In this document: positions 41,447 to 49,285 of the stretch, in pieces
Numbering within the stretch: position 1 is the stretch's first letter
How the letters are laid out: each line of letters starts with the position of its first letter
DNA from: an uncultured Methanosarcinales archaeon
GTDB taxonomy: Archaea > Nanobdellota > Nanobdellia > Woesearchaeales > GW2011-AR9
Assembly: GCA_964439765.1 (NCBI GenBank)
Contig: CAYTOG010000001.1
Span: 1 to 54,270, forward strand
Reading direction: 5' to 3'
Length of the DNA: 54,270 nucleotides
Made by a program: the position numbers and the translations under genes
The notes under the pieces: model-generated
Told to the model about the DNA's origin: nothing
What the model saw: only the letters and a program-made list of their open reading frames with translations
The model's database searches: none

Positions 41447-43161
41447 ATGAATTTTAAAGAGAAGTTAATTACACTTTTATCTTCAGAGACTAAGCTTTCT
41501 AGTGAAGATGTTGCACAACAAATTTCTATTCCTCCTGACCCTAGGCTTGGTGACTTTGCATTCCCTTGTTTTAAATTAGCTCCTATTTGGAAAATCTCTC
41601 CAAAAGACGCTGCGAACAAATTAAAAAAAGAATTAACACTCCCTGAGTGGATTAGTTCAGTTGCTGTTGTTGGCCCTTATTTGAATTTTTATTTAGATAA
41701 AGAACTGCTTGCAAAAGAAACTCTTTTGGCAATTTGGAAAAGAAAAGAGAAGTATGGCGCTGGCACCACAAAAAAAGAAACAATCATGGTTGAATTTTTT
41801 CATGCCAACACACATAAGGGTGTGCATATTGGACATTTACGGAATATCTCTATTGGGTCAGCTCTTGCAAATATTTTAGAGTTCTCAGGTTATAACATAC
41901 TTAGAACAAATTATCAAGGAGATATTGGTCCACATGTTGCTAAGTGTATTTGGGGTTACCAAAAATTTGCTAATGAACTTAAAGAACCAACAGGAGATAA
42001 AGGAATTTGGCTTGGAAAATTATATTCAAAAGTAAGTATTGCAAACAAAGGCGATGCAAACGCAGAAGAAGAAATCAGGGAGCTTACAAAAAAAATTATA
42101 TGAACATAGTGACCCAAAAATTGAAGCCCTCTGGGAAAAAAACAAGAGGATGGTGCCTTGATGATTTTGAAGTCTTTTACAAAGAGTTCGGCGTGAAATT
42201 TGATAGATTATATTTTGAAAGTGAATGTGAAGTTCCTGGTAAAAAAATCTTTGATGAATTAATCGCTAAAAATATTGCAGAAAAAAGTGATGGTGCGATT
42301 ATTGTTAACTTAGAAAAATTTGGTTTGAATATTTATGTTGGCCTCACAAGCAAAGGATACCCCACATATCAAGGAAAAGAAATGGGCCTTGCTACAATTA
42401 AACAAAAAGAGTTTAATTTTGATAAAAGCCTACATGTTGTTGGTTCTGAACAAGAATTATTTTTCAAACAAGTTTTCAAAACATATGAACTTATGGAGTC
42501 CCCCATGGCAGGTAAGTCTACTCATATCAGTTATGGGCTTGTAAATCTTCCTGAAGGGAAGATGAGTTCTCGTCTTGGCACAATGGTACTCTATGCTGAC
42601 TTATTCTCTAAAATGATGGATAGAGTTCGTCCAGAAGTTAAAGAAAGGCATCCAGCACTTGATGACTCTGAAATTGAGAAGCGAACAAAAATGATTTCTT
42701 TTGCTGCGTTAAAATTTTCTATGCAAATTAAAGAAACTCATCGAAGAATGACTTTTGATTGGGAGAGAGCCTTAGATTTACATGGTGACACCGGGCCATA
42801 TGTCCAATATGCTCACGCAAGAGCATCAAGTATTTTACGGAAAGCAGGGCCAATAGTTAAGAAGATTAATTCTTCTGTTGATTTTTCAAAACTTGATGCT
42901 GATACAGAGAAACAAATTTTATTGAAGCTTTCAAAGTATACAAATACAGTATCTGAAGCTGCTTTGAAATATCGGCCATACTTAATTGCCCAGTACGTAT
43001 TAGAACTCTCACAATTATTTAACGAATTTTATCATGCAGAACAAGTCTTGGTTGAAGATAAAGACCTCATGATAGCTCGACTCTTATTAGTTGATTCTGT
43101 TCGACAAGTGTTATCTAATGGTCTAAAACTTCTTGGAATTGAAGCTCCTGAAGAGATGTAG
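41447..43161 (+). CDS. argS: Arginyl-tRNA synthetase, reading frame interrupted twice (+1 each) at A8 and A7 runs
   Basis: N-terminal ORF (41447-42103) carries 'HKGVHIGHLRN' (HIGH). C-terminal ORF (to 43161) carries 'YVQYAHARASSILRK'. The ArgRS-like stretch LYEHSDPKIEALWEK is readable only in the third frame, between 42096 and 42140. Confidence 0.85.
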
Positions 43162-43164
43162 AAA

Positions 43165-43707
43165 ATGGCATTATATTTTATCACTGGAAATGTGCATAAA
43201 TTTTCTGAAGCAAAAAAAGTATTGCAAGATATTGAACAAGTGAATTTTGATTTAGATGAAATTCAATCCATGGATTCAAAAGAGATTATTGCCCACAAAT
43301 TAAAGCAAGCAATGTTAAAACACAATGGACCACTTTTTTGTGAAGACGTTTCTTTATGCATTTCTTCATTTAATGGTTTTCCAGGACCACTTGTAAAATG
43401 GTGGAATAATTCTATTCCAGAGGAAGACAGGGTTCGCTCAGTGCATTTATCTTCAGATCATAGAGCAAAAATTATTTGTACAATTGGATATTTTAACGGT
43501 ACAGAAATGCATTTTTTTGAGGGAATAATTGATGGCACAATTGTTATGCCTAGAGGCAAAAGTGATTTTGGCTTTGACCCCATATTTGAACCCAAAGGGA
43601 CTTCTAAAACATTTGCAGAAATGACTATTGAAGAGAAAAATGCTGTTAGCCATAGATTCCTTGCTCTTAAGGAGCTCAAAAAATTTCTTGAATCAAGAAA
43701 TAAGTAA
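43165..43707 (+). CDS. Non-canonical purine NTP pyrophosphatase (Ham1/RdgB/ITPase family)
   Basis: 'FITGNVHKFSEA', 'GFPGPLVKWW' and 'FGFDPIFEPKG...TFAEM...EKN..SHR' match family signatures. Confidence 0.9.
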   Translation: MALYFITGNVHKFSEAKKVLQDIEQVNFDLDEIQSMDSKEIIAHKLKQAMLKHNGPLFCEDVSLCISSFNGFPGPLVKWWNNSIPEEDRVRSVHLSSDHRAKIICTIGYFNGTEMHFFEGIIDGTIVMPRGKSDFGFDPIFEPKGTSKTFAEMTIEEKNAVSHRFLALKELKKFLESRNK

Positions 43708-43732
43708 TTTAAACGTCTATTTTGGAAGTTTT

Positions 43733-44227
43733 TTACAGACTTAATTTATGCACTCCTTTTTTGACATTTCTTTTAAGAGAAGAAATCCTTCCAAGCATAG
43801 CACTTGCAAAAATAATTTCAAAACTACTTGACAAAAATGCTACACTCAAGAAAAATGTTGGAATCCAAGCCCATGCAATCCCCTTTAATGAAATTATTAA
43901 AGCAAATACACTCAGAGTGGCGTAGCTTAGAACATAATACAACGGTAAAATGTAATACACATGTGGTGCCTTATAATGCCGGAAAAGGGCTACAAAGAAA
44001 AATGTGGCAACAAAAAGAATCATTGCGAAAAGACCTGAAAAAACTGTAAACCATGTTTGCTGCCAACCAAGAATATTTGAGACTACATCTACAAGACCCA
44101 TTGCCCCATTCACTAATGCGATAAATAAGTACACATGCACTAGCGTTTCTCCAAATCTCCTCATATTTTTTATGATCTTTTCTTGGTTTATATTTGTTTG
44201 CAGAAGTATAGACTGCAAGACAATCAC
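43733..44227 (-). CDS. Hypothetical polytopic membrane protein
   Basis: 164 aa with four hydrophobic segments. No family recognised. Confidence 0.5.
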   Translation of the reverse strand: MIVLQSILLQTNINQEKIIKNMRRFGETLVHVYLFIALVNGAMGLVDVVSNILGWQQTWFTVFSGLFAMILFVATFFFVALFRHYKAPHVYYILPLYYVLSYATLSVFALIISLKGIAWAWIPTFFLSVAFLSSSFEIIFASAMLGRISSLKRNVKKGVHKLSL

Positions 44228-44261
44228 AAGTAATAAAAAGAAGTAGATAAATGAATTAATA

Positions 44262-44495
44262 ATGGGAGTTATAATCTATACTACACCAACTTGTGAATGG
44301 TCAACTAAGGCAAAGGCCTACTTAAAAAAGAAAAAAATTGGTTTTGAAGAAAAAGATCTTACAGAGGATAAACCTGCTCGCAGAGAAATGATTGATAAAA
44401 GTGCTCAAATTGGAACACCTGTCCTCCATATAGGTTCAGATATCATTGTAGGGTTTAATCCAAAAAAAATTGATTCTGCACTTGCTAAATTGTGA
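44262..44495 (+). CDS. Glutaredoxin-like thioredoxin-fold protein (single active-site Cys)
   Basis: 'VIIYTTPTCEWSTKAKAYLKKKKIGFEEKDL...GTPVLHIG' has the glutaredoxin/NrdH layout, but CEWS replaces CxxC. Confidence 0.6.
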   Translation: MGVIIYTTPTCEWSTKAKAYLKKKKIGFEEKDLTEDKPARREMIDKSAQIGTPVLHIGSDIIVGFNPKKIDSALAKL

Positions 44496-44547
44496 TTTTT
44501 CTTTATAATTCCAATTTCTACACCTATTTTTGGCCCACAGATAATTG

Positions 44548-44720
44548 GAAACTTACAAAAATTGAAGATTTCTGAACTTTCTTCTGCCCGTTGGGCCTCA
44601 GAAAGCTATGATAATCAAAGATTTTCAATATTTCTGCATCCACTTTGTGTTTCAAACTTACAGAAATCAAAGATTTCTGAACTTTCTTCTGCCCGTTGGG
44701 CCTCAGAAACTTACAAAAAT
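44548..44720. repeat. Two 57-nt direct repeats (each containing a 40-nt hairpin-forming core) plus a third partial unit, upstream of rpl44e
   Basis: Exact 40-mer 'aagatttctgaactttcttctgcccgttgggcctcagaaa' at 44565-44604 and 44670-44709. Each copy is preceded by (g/c)aaacttaca(a/g)aaat (44548, 44653), which recurs at 44706. The core can fold as TTTCTGA...GCCC-GTT-GGGC...TCAGAAA. Confidence 0.85.
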
Positions 44721-44764
44721 GGGGCATTTTTGAACTTTTCTCGGTACTTTGTACCTCCAAAAGC

Positions 44765-44772
44765 TTTATAAA
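44765..44772 (+). promoter_or_regulatory. TATA-like box for the rpl44e-rps27e operon
   Basis: 'TTTATAAA' ends ~25 nt upstream of the ATG at 44797. Confidence 0.45.
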
Positions 44773-44796
44773 CAGGCAGCCTTCCAAACGAACATT

Positions 44797-45105
44797 ATGA
44801 AGATGCCTAAAATGCAGAAAAGACTCTGTGTCAAGTGCCGTAAACACACTGAACACAAAGTTGCACAGAATAAACGGAAAACAGCAAGCTCTCTTAGTAA
44901 AGGTAGCAAAGTAAGGGCTCGCCGAAGAGGTCTTGCTAGAGGAATAGGTTCCCTTGGGCGATATTCAAAACCAGCTATTACTAAATTTAAACGTACTGGA
45001 GCAAAATCAACTAAAAAAACAGACCTCAGGTACACTTGCCAAGTCTGTAAGAAAAGTTCCGTTCAATCAAAAGGAATCAGAAGTAAACGTGTAGAATTAA
45101 TATAG
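44797..45105 (+). CDS. rpl44e: 50S ribosomal protein L44e
   Basis: 'MKMPKMQKRLCVKCRKHTEHKV...YTCQVCKK' shows the L44e zinc-ribbon pattern. The start is taken at ATG 44797, downstream of the TATA box. Confidence 0.9.
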   Translation: MKMPKMQKRLCVKCRKHTEHKVAQNKRKTASSLSKGSKVRARRRGLARGIGSLGRYSKPAITKFKRTGAKSTKKTDLRYTCQVCKKSSVQSKGIRSKRVELI

Positions 45106-45115
45106 GAATACAAAA

Positions 45116-45292
45116 ATGAAAACAGAAACACATTCCAAATTTATCAAAGTGCGCTGTCCAAAGTGTAAAAACGAACAAACAATCTTTGGAAATGCCTCCA
45201 CTGTTGTTACTTGTCTTGTTTGCTCACGCGAACTTGTCTATCCAACCGGTGGAAAAAGTAAAATTTCTGCACGAGTCTTAGAGATCTTTTAG
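45116..45292 (+). CDS. rps27e: 30S ribosomal protein S27e (not in ORF track, 58 aa)
   Basis: Manual translation gives MKTETHSKFIKVRCPKCKNEQTIFGNASTVVTCLVCSRELVYPTGGKSKISARVLEIF*, with the C4 zinc ribbon typical of S27e. Confidence 0.88.
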   Translation: MKTETHSKFIKVRCPKCKNEQTIFGNASTVVTCLVCSRELVYPTGGKSKISARVLEIF

Positions 45293-45365
45293 ATCCCATT
45301 AAACTACACTTGTACAGCTTGGCTAAATATTCAGCCATTTTGCATAAGAGAAAAGGTATTTAACA

Positions 45366-46157
45366 ATGCTTTACAAACAAAAAGGATATCCAGAAGAAGG
45401 CGAACTCGTTCTATGCCGCGTAACTAAAATATTTCCCAACTCTGTTTTTGCACAAATGGTGGAATATAATGATTCTGGAATGATCCATATTAGTGAAATT
45501 GCACCTGGAAGAATTCGAAATCTTCGCGAATATGTTAAAATTGGTAAACAGATTGTTTGTGTCGTTCTTCGCGTGAAAAAAGATCGAGGACACATTGATT
45601 TATCATTGCGTCGTGTTGGAACTGGTGCGCGCCTCAAAAAACTTGATGAAATCAAACAAGAACTAAAAGCAGAACAAATTATTGCAAAGCTCGCTAAAAG
45701 ACTGAATCAAAAAACTGAAGATTTATACAAGAAAGTTTCAGAAATTATCTTCAAAGAATATCCTCTCCTTCATCTTGCATTCAAAGATGTTGTGTCTGGC
45801 CATACCAATTTCGAAGATCTTGGTTTTGATTCTAAACTATCCAAAGATCTTTTTGGTGCCGTGAAAGAAAAATTCAAAGAACCTATAGCTACTTTCAGAG
45901 GAGAAATTGAACTTCACACTTACGCGAGTAATGGGGTTGAAAAAGTTAAAAAAACTCTTAGAAAAATTGCTGATTTGCGTTCTGGGATGCAAGTAGTATA
46001 TCTTGGAGCAGGAAAATACAAGTTTACTTTTACAGATAAAGAAATTAAAACGGCAGAGAAAGATATTTCTGCCATAGAAAAAATACTTGGAAAATTCCAG
46101 GATAAACTATCAACATTCACATTTAACAGAGAAAAAGCAGACTTTGATGCCTCATGA
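45366..46157 (+). CDS. eif2a: Translation initiation factor aIF2 alpha subunit
   Basis: N-terminal S1 domain 'PEEGELVLCRVTKIFPNSVFAQMVEY...GMIHISEIAPGRIRNLREYVKIGKQIVCVVLRV'; size is 263 aa. Confidence 0.92.
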   Translation: MLYKQKGYPEEGELVLCRVTKIFPNSVFAQMVEYNDSGMIHISEIAPGRIRNLREYVKIGKQIVCVVLRVKKDRGHIDLSLRRVGTGARLKKLDEIKQELKAEQIIAKLAKRLNQKTEDLYKKVSEIIFKEYPLLHLAFKDVVSGHTNFEDLGFDSKLSKDLFGAVKEKFKEPIATFRGEIELHTYASNGVEKVKKTLRKIADLRSGMQVVYLGAGKYKFTFTDKEIKTAEKDISAIEKILGKFQDKLSTFTFNREKADFDAS

Positions 46158-46330
46158 AAAAAATACTTACTTGCCAAACGTGTTCTTTGTATACTATGAA
46201 ACAGTTATGTCCTAAATGTTCAGGTAAAACTGTTGAAGCAAAGCCACCTAAATTTTCTCTTGATGACAAATATGCTTCTTATCGAAGAGAAGTTAAGGAA
46301 ACATCTCGTGAAGAGAAAGGATTGATTTGA
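46154..46330 (+). CDS. nop10: H/ACA RNP protein Nop10 (not in ORF track, 58 aa)
   Basis: Manual translation gives MKKILTCQTCSLYTMKQLCPKCSGKTVEAKPPKFSLDDKYASYRREVKE..., with the Zn-ribbon and PP(K/R)FS motif of Nop10. ATGA overlap with the aIF2a stop. Confidence 0.85.
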   Translation: MKKILTCQTCSLYTMKQLCPKCSGKTVEAKPPKFSLDDKYASYRREVKETSREEKGLI

Positions 46331-46343
46331 TCGTTGTTTATTT

Positions 46344-47000
46344 CTAATCGTTAAGTACTTTTACTTGTTTTGTTATTGGACTAATAAGGTGTTTAAATTT
46401 TCTCATTATGTACTTAATATCCTCTGTAAACATTTCAGGGTGTTCAGAAATTTCTTGCTCTAATTCCTCTTTTGAGAATACTTGTATTCCACATGATTCT
46501 TTGTCAATGAAACGAATAGCTCCATCATAATATCCTAAATAAAATTGAGTCATGCTTGGTTCAACCCAGATTCTTCCCTCTGGTCCTTTTCTTTTGGATT
46601 GATAATTATCTAAGAAGTTTATTTTTGTTAATATTGCGAGAATGTGTAAATCTGTTGTTGTAACACTATGTATGAATTCTTCTTCCTTCACAATAGTTGA
46701 TGGGATTCCTAGCTCTTCTGCGCACTCTTTGAGCATTGTCAGATCAAAACTTTCTCCAGAACCTACATGCCCACCTATTGTTTTATCCCAAAGACCCGCA
46801 TTGTCACCTTTCCATTTAGAACGTCTCTGTAATATTATTCTCCCTTGAGAAGTGAGCAGAAATAATCGAACATCTTTATGGCGGGAAGATACTTTCCCTG
46901 TGATCATAAACTCTTGGCGCATCTCTTCATGAAATTCTTTTTTTTCTTTTTGACCAACTAGTTCTCCTTCTACAGAGTATACATCAAGCATTTCTCTCAT
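46344..47000 (-). CDS. Nudix hydrolase
   Basis: Nudix box 'GGHVGSGESFDLTMLKECAEELGI' (GX5EX7REUXEEXGU-like). Confidence 0.8.
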   Translation of the reverse strand: MREMLDVYSVEGELVGQKEKKEFHEEMRQEFMITGKVSSRHKDVRLFLLTSQGRIILQRRSKWKGDNAGLWDKTIGGHVGSGESFDLTMLKECAEELGIPSTIVKEEEFIHSVTTTDLHILAILTKINFLDNYQSKRKGPEGRIWVEPSMTQFYLGYYDGAIRFIDKESCGIQVFSKEELEQEISEHPEMFTEDIKYIMRKFKHLISPITKQVKVLND

Positions 47001-47077
47001 AGAATTTTCAAGATAAGACTATATTAAAAAGATTATTGTAGAGAAATCTCAATATGCTACCCAACTGATGTGGTCCC

Positions 47078-47884
47078 CTACCCAATATAACTTTGTTCTT
47101 TATTACGTAGTTTTCCGCCAGCTTGTGTTGTACTGGAAAGCTCTGCTAGCCACTCTTTTGTCTTAACCAAAACTTCTTTTTCTAACGCAGAAATTTCTTT
47201 ACTCATCTTATCGATTTTTATTTTTAATTTGAACTGTTTATTCAAAACTTTGAGAATCTCTGTTGCTCCTTTTACCCCAAGATACATTTGATGTGCAAAC
47301 GTCTCAGCTAGAAGTGCTGCGGCATTAATTTGTTTTCTTTGTGCTGCTCCTAGCAATACTCCACTAACACCAATTATTGGCCCAACTACACCAAATATTT
47401 GGGTTTCAACTTTTAGTGTTTTCTTCTGAAATTTTTTTAAGAATTCTTTATTGTTTGCAGTTACATAGACTTTTGGATGCTCAGGAAGGGCTTGCAAACC
47501 AATACCACCAGTTGTAATAACTTCAGTTGCTCCAAATTCTGTTACTATTTTGATAACCTCTTCACAAAATGAGTAACAACTCCTCTCATCAATTGGTTGA
47601 ACATCTCCAGTAAGAAGAAGTATGTCTCTTTTCTTTGGATCTTTATACTTTTTATACCAAAGTTCGATTTTTGGAACCTCTACCAAATTATCTTCATTAA
47701 TGAATACTGAATGTGGAAATGAATGAGAATAAAAACTTGCTAAATGCTTCGCTTTAAGTTCTTGTGTTAGAAAATCTACTGCAATTTTTCCAACATTGGC
47801 AATCCCTGGTAACCCTTCAATTAACAACGCTTTGTGTAAATCTGGCTTTCTCTTAACATGCCATTCAATTTCCCAAGAAGTCAT
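47078..47884 (-). CDS. PAC2-family proteasome assembly chaperone-like protein
   Basis: 'ALLIEGLPGIANVGKIAVDFL' and the overall 268-aa layout match archaeal PAC2/PbaA-like proteins. Confidence 0.7.
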   Translation of the reverse strand: MTSWEIEWHVKRKPDLHKALLIEGLPGIANVGKIAVDFLTQELKAKHLASFYSHSFPHSVFINEDNLVEVPKIELWYKKYKDPKKRDILLLTGDVQPIDERSCYSFCEEVIKIVTEFGATEVITTGGIGLQALPEHPKVYVTANNKEFLKKFQKKTLKVETQIFGVVGPIIGVSGVLLGAAQRKQINAAALLAETFAHQMYLGVKGATEILKVLNKQFKLKIKIDKMSKEISALEKEVLVKTKEWLAELSSTTQAGGKLRNKEQSYIG

Positions 47885-47966
47885 AATAAGTAATAGGATA
47901 TTTAGAGTTTAAATAGTTTGTTGTTTGTAAAATAAGCTATAAGAAAAGAAATTTTAATTAAAAAAG

Positions 47967-48013
47967 TGCGAGGGACGTGATTTGAACACACGTACACCAC
48001 CAAGTACAGCAGC
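47967..48013 (-). pseudogene. Truncated tRNA-Leu-like 3' segment (T-arm, acceptor 3' strand, diverged variable arm); no 5' half
   Basis: A 26-nt exact repeat of the 3' end and flank of the tRNA-Leu(GAG) gene (47964-47989 = 48068-48093), followed by diverged similarity (gtac..cagc). No matching GCGAGGG 5' acceptor strand or D-arm lies upstream. Confidence 0.6.
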
Positions 48014-48070
48014 ATTTGATAGTGCATGAGGCATTCGCTAACGCTCAACCTCATTAAAGAATAAAAGAAG

Positions 48071-48154
48071 TGCGAGGGACGTGATTTGAACACGCGTACC
48101 CACTAAGGGACAGCCCCCTCAAGGCTGCGGATTTGACCACTCTCCCACCCTCGC
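48071..48154 (-). tRNA. tRNA-Leu(GAG)
   Basis: The minus strand reads GCGAGGG-TG-GGAGAGTGGTCAAATCC-G-CAGCC-TTGAGGG-GGCTG-TCCCTTAGTGGGTAC-GCGTG-TTCAAAT-CACGT-CCCTCGC-A, with a long variable arm and anticodon GAG. Confidence 0.88.
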
Positions 48155-48220
48155 ACGAAAAGTATTTTGATGATATTCTTTTATAAAATTATCTTAAGAA
48201 GAAAGAAAAACGAGAAATGA

Positions 48221-48913
48221 TCACACAATAACGCCAAAAATTGCACCAACAACATATCCTAATGCCCCTGCACCAATACCAACACCCACTATTTCTAACC
48301 CCGACACCATCCAACTCCTGTGAGTGACTGTGCTTTTTCCAACACCAACAGCGAATAGCATAGCGATTGTAAGACATGCACTAATTATCATAACACTAAT
48401 TGATCCTCCAAAAAAGAATGGAACTATTGGAAACATAGACCCTAACGAAAATGCAATAAACATGGCTGATGCATCATGAAATGGATGTGACACCCCTTTA
48501 GGTGAGACATGTAATTTTTTTTGAAGATAATTAATAGCAAAAGTTTCTTTATTGTGATGTAAAAAGTGACGCATCATTGAATTTATTTCATCTTCATCAA
48601 ATTGTTCCTTTGTTAGAAGAGCACGCATTTCTTTACTTGCTTTTTTAGGATTTTTCTTCACTAATTCTTTTGCTTTTGTGACTTCAGCATCATAGACTTC
48701 GCCAACACTCTTACTTGAAAGATACGCTCCCGCACTCATACTCAAAGCTCCAGCAAACATACTTGCAAGGCCACTTAACAGAACTACATGTGCATCTCTT
48801 GTTGCCACCCAAACAGCTAGAACTATCCCTAAATTGGACACCAAACCATCTTCCATTCCAAAGACTAACTCACGCATAAATCCTTTGAGCCCACCAATCA
48901 TTTTTTGTTTCAT
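48221..48913 (-). CDS. VIT1/CCC1-family iron/manganese transporter
   Basis: 'VFGMEDGLVSNLGIVLAV' together with the C-terminal TM bundle is typical of the VIT family. Confidence 0.85.
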   Translation of the reverse strand: MKQKMIGGLKGFMRELVFGMEDGLVSNLGIVLAVWVATRDAHVVLLSGLASMFAGALSMSAGAYLSSKSVGEVYDAEVTKAKELVKKNPKKASKEMRALLTKEQFDEDEINSMMRHFLHHNKETFAINYLQKKLHVSPKGVSHPFHDASAMFIAFSLGSMFPIVPFFFGGSISVMIISACLTIAMLFAVGVGKSTVTHRSWMVSGLEIVGVGIGAGALGYVVGAIFGVIV

Positions 48914-48939
48914 TAGTTACCTTACTTTTTATTGAATTT

Positions 48940-49215
48940 TTATTCAACACTCACAACAGTACAAGCACCTTCTACACATTTTGCTGCTGCTTGTCCGCAA
49001 TCCATTGTTCCTTCTTGACAGTCTGCACTACAAAGTATTCCACTACAATCTGGCGCGTTATCAATGTTTACAGAATCACTTGCATGACAACAAACTGCTG
49101 CAGTACAATCTGCATCGACATCACACTGAAGTTCTGCTGGAACAGAACCACAAGATGTTAGTATAATTGACAAGCTTAGTGTTATAAGAATTATGAACAT
49201 TTGTCCTTTTTGCAT
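48940..49215 (-). CDS. Small secreted/lipoprotein-like Cys-rich protein
   Basis: From ATG 49215: MQKGQMFIILITLSLSIILTSCGS (lipobox-like), followed by 10 Cys in ~65 aa. Confidence 0.5.
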   Translation of the reverse strand: MQKGQMFIILITLSLSIILTSCGSVPAELQCDVDADCTAAVCCHASDSVNIDNAPDCSGILCSADCQEGTMDCGQAAAKCVEGACTVVSVE

Positions 49216-49285
49216 TTTTGCCACCCCTTTGCTACAGAGAAACAAGTTCTTTTGATCCAAAGTAGCTTAGTAAAAGTAATAAGTC

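Noticed and set aside
42007-42135. N-terminal ~43 codons of the second tracked argS ORF (MAWKIIFKSKYCKQRRCKRRRRNQGAYKKNYMNIVTQKLKPSGKK)
   Set aside because: This is out-of-frame read-through of the real ArgRS coding sequence. The biologically sensible peptide in this interval is in the other two frames.
44565-44709. Possible mini-CRISPR array (two 40-nt repeats with a 65-nt spacer)
   Set aside because: There are only two repeat copies, and the spacer is longer than usual. No cas genes occur anywhere in the window. The flanking 15-nt motif also repeats, which fits a duplicated unit better than a repeat-spacer array.
44524-44856. 110-aa minus ORF and 69-aa plus ORF (44562-44771) covering the repeat region upstream of rpl44e
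   Set aside because: Their only notable feature, a duplicated peptide, is simply the translated 40-nt DNA repeat. There is no start context and no composition typical of the neighbouring genes. They also overlap the TATA box and start of rpl44e.
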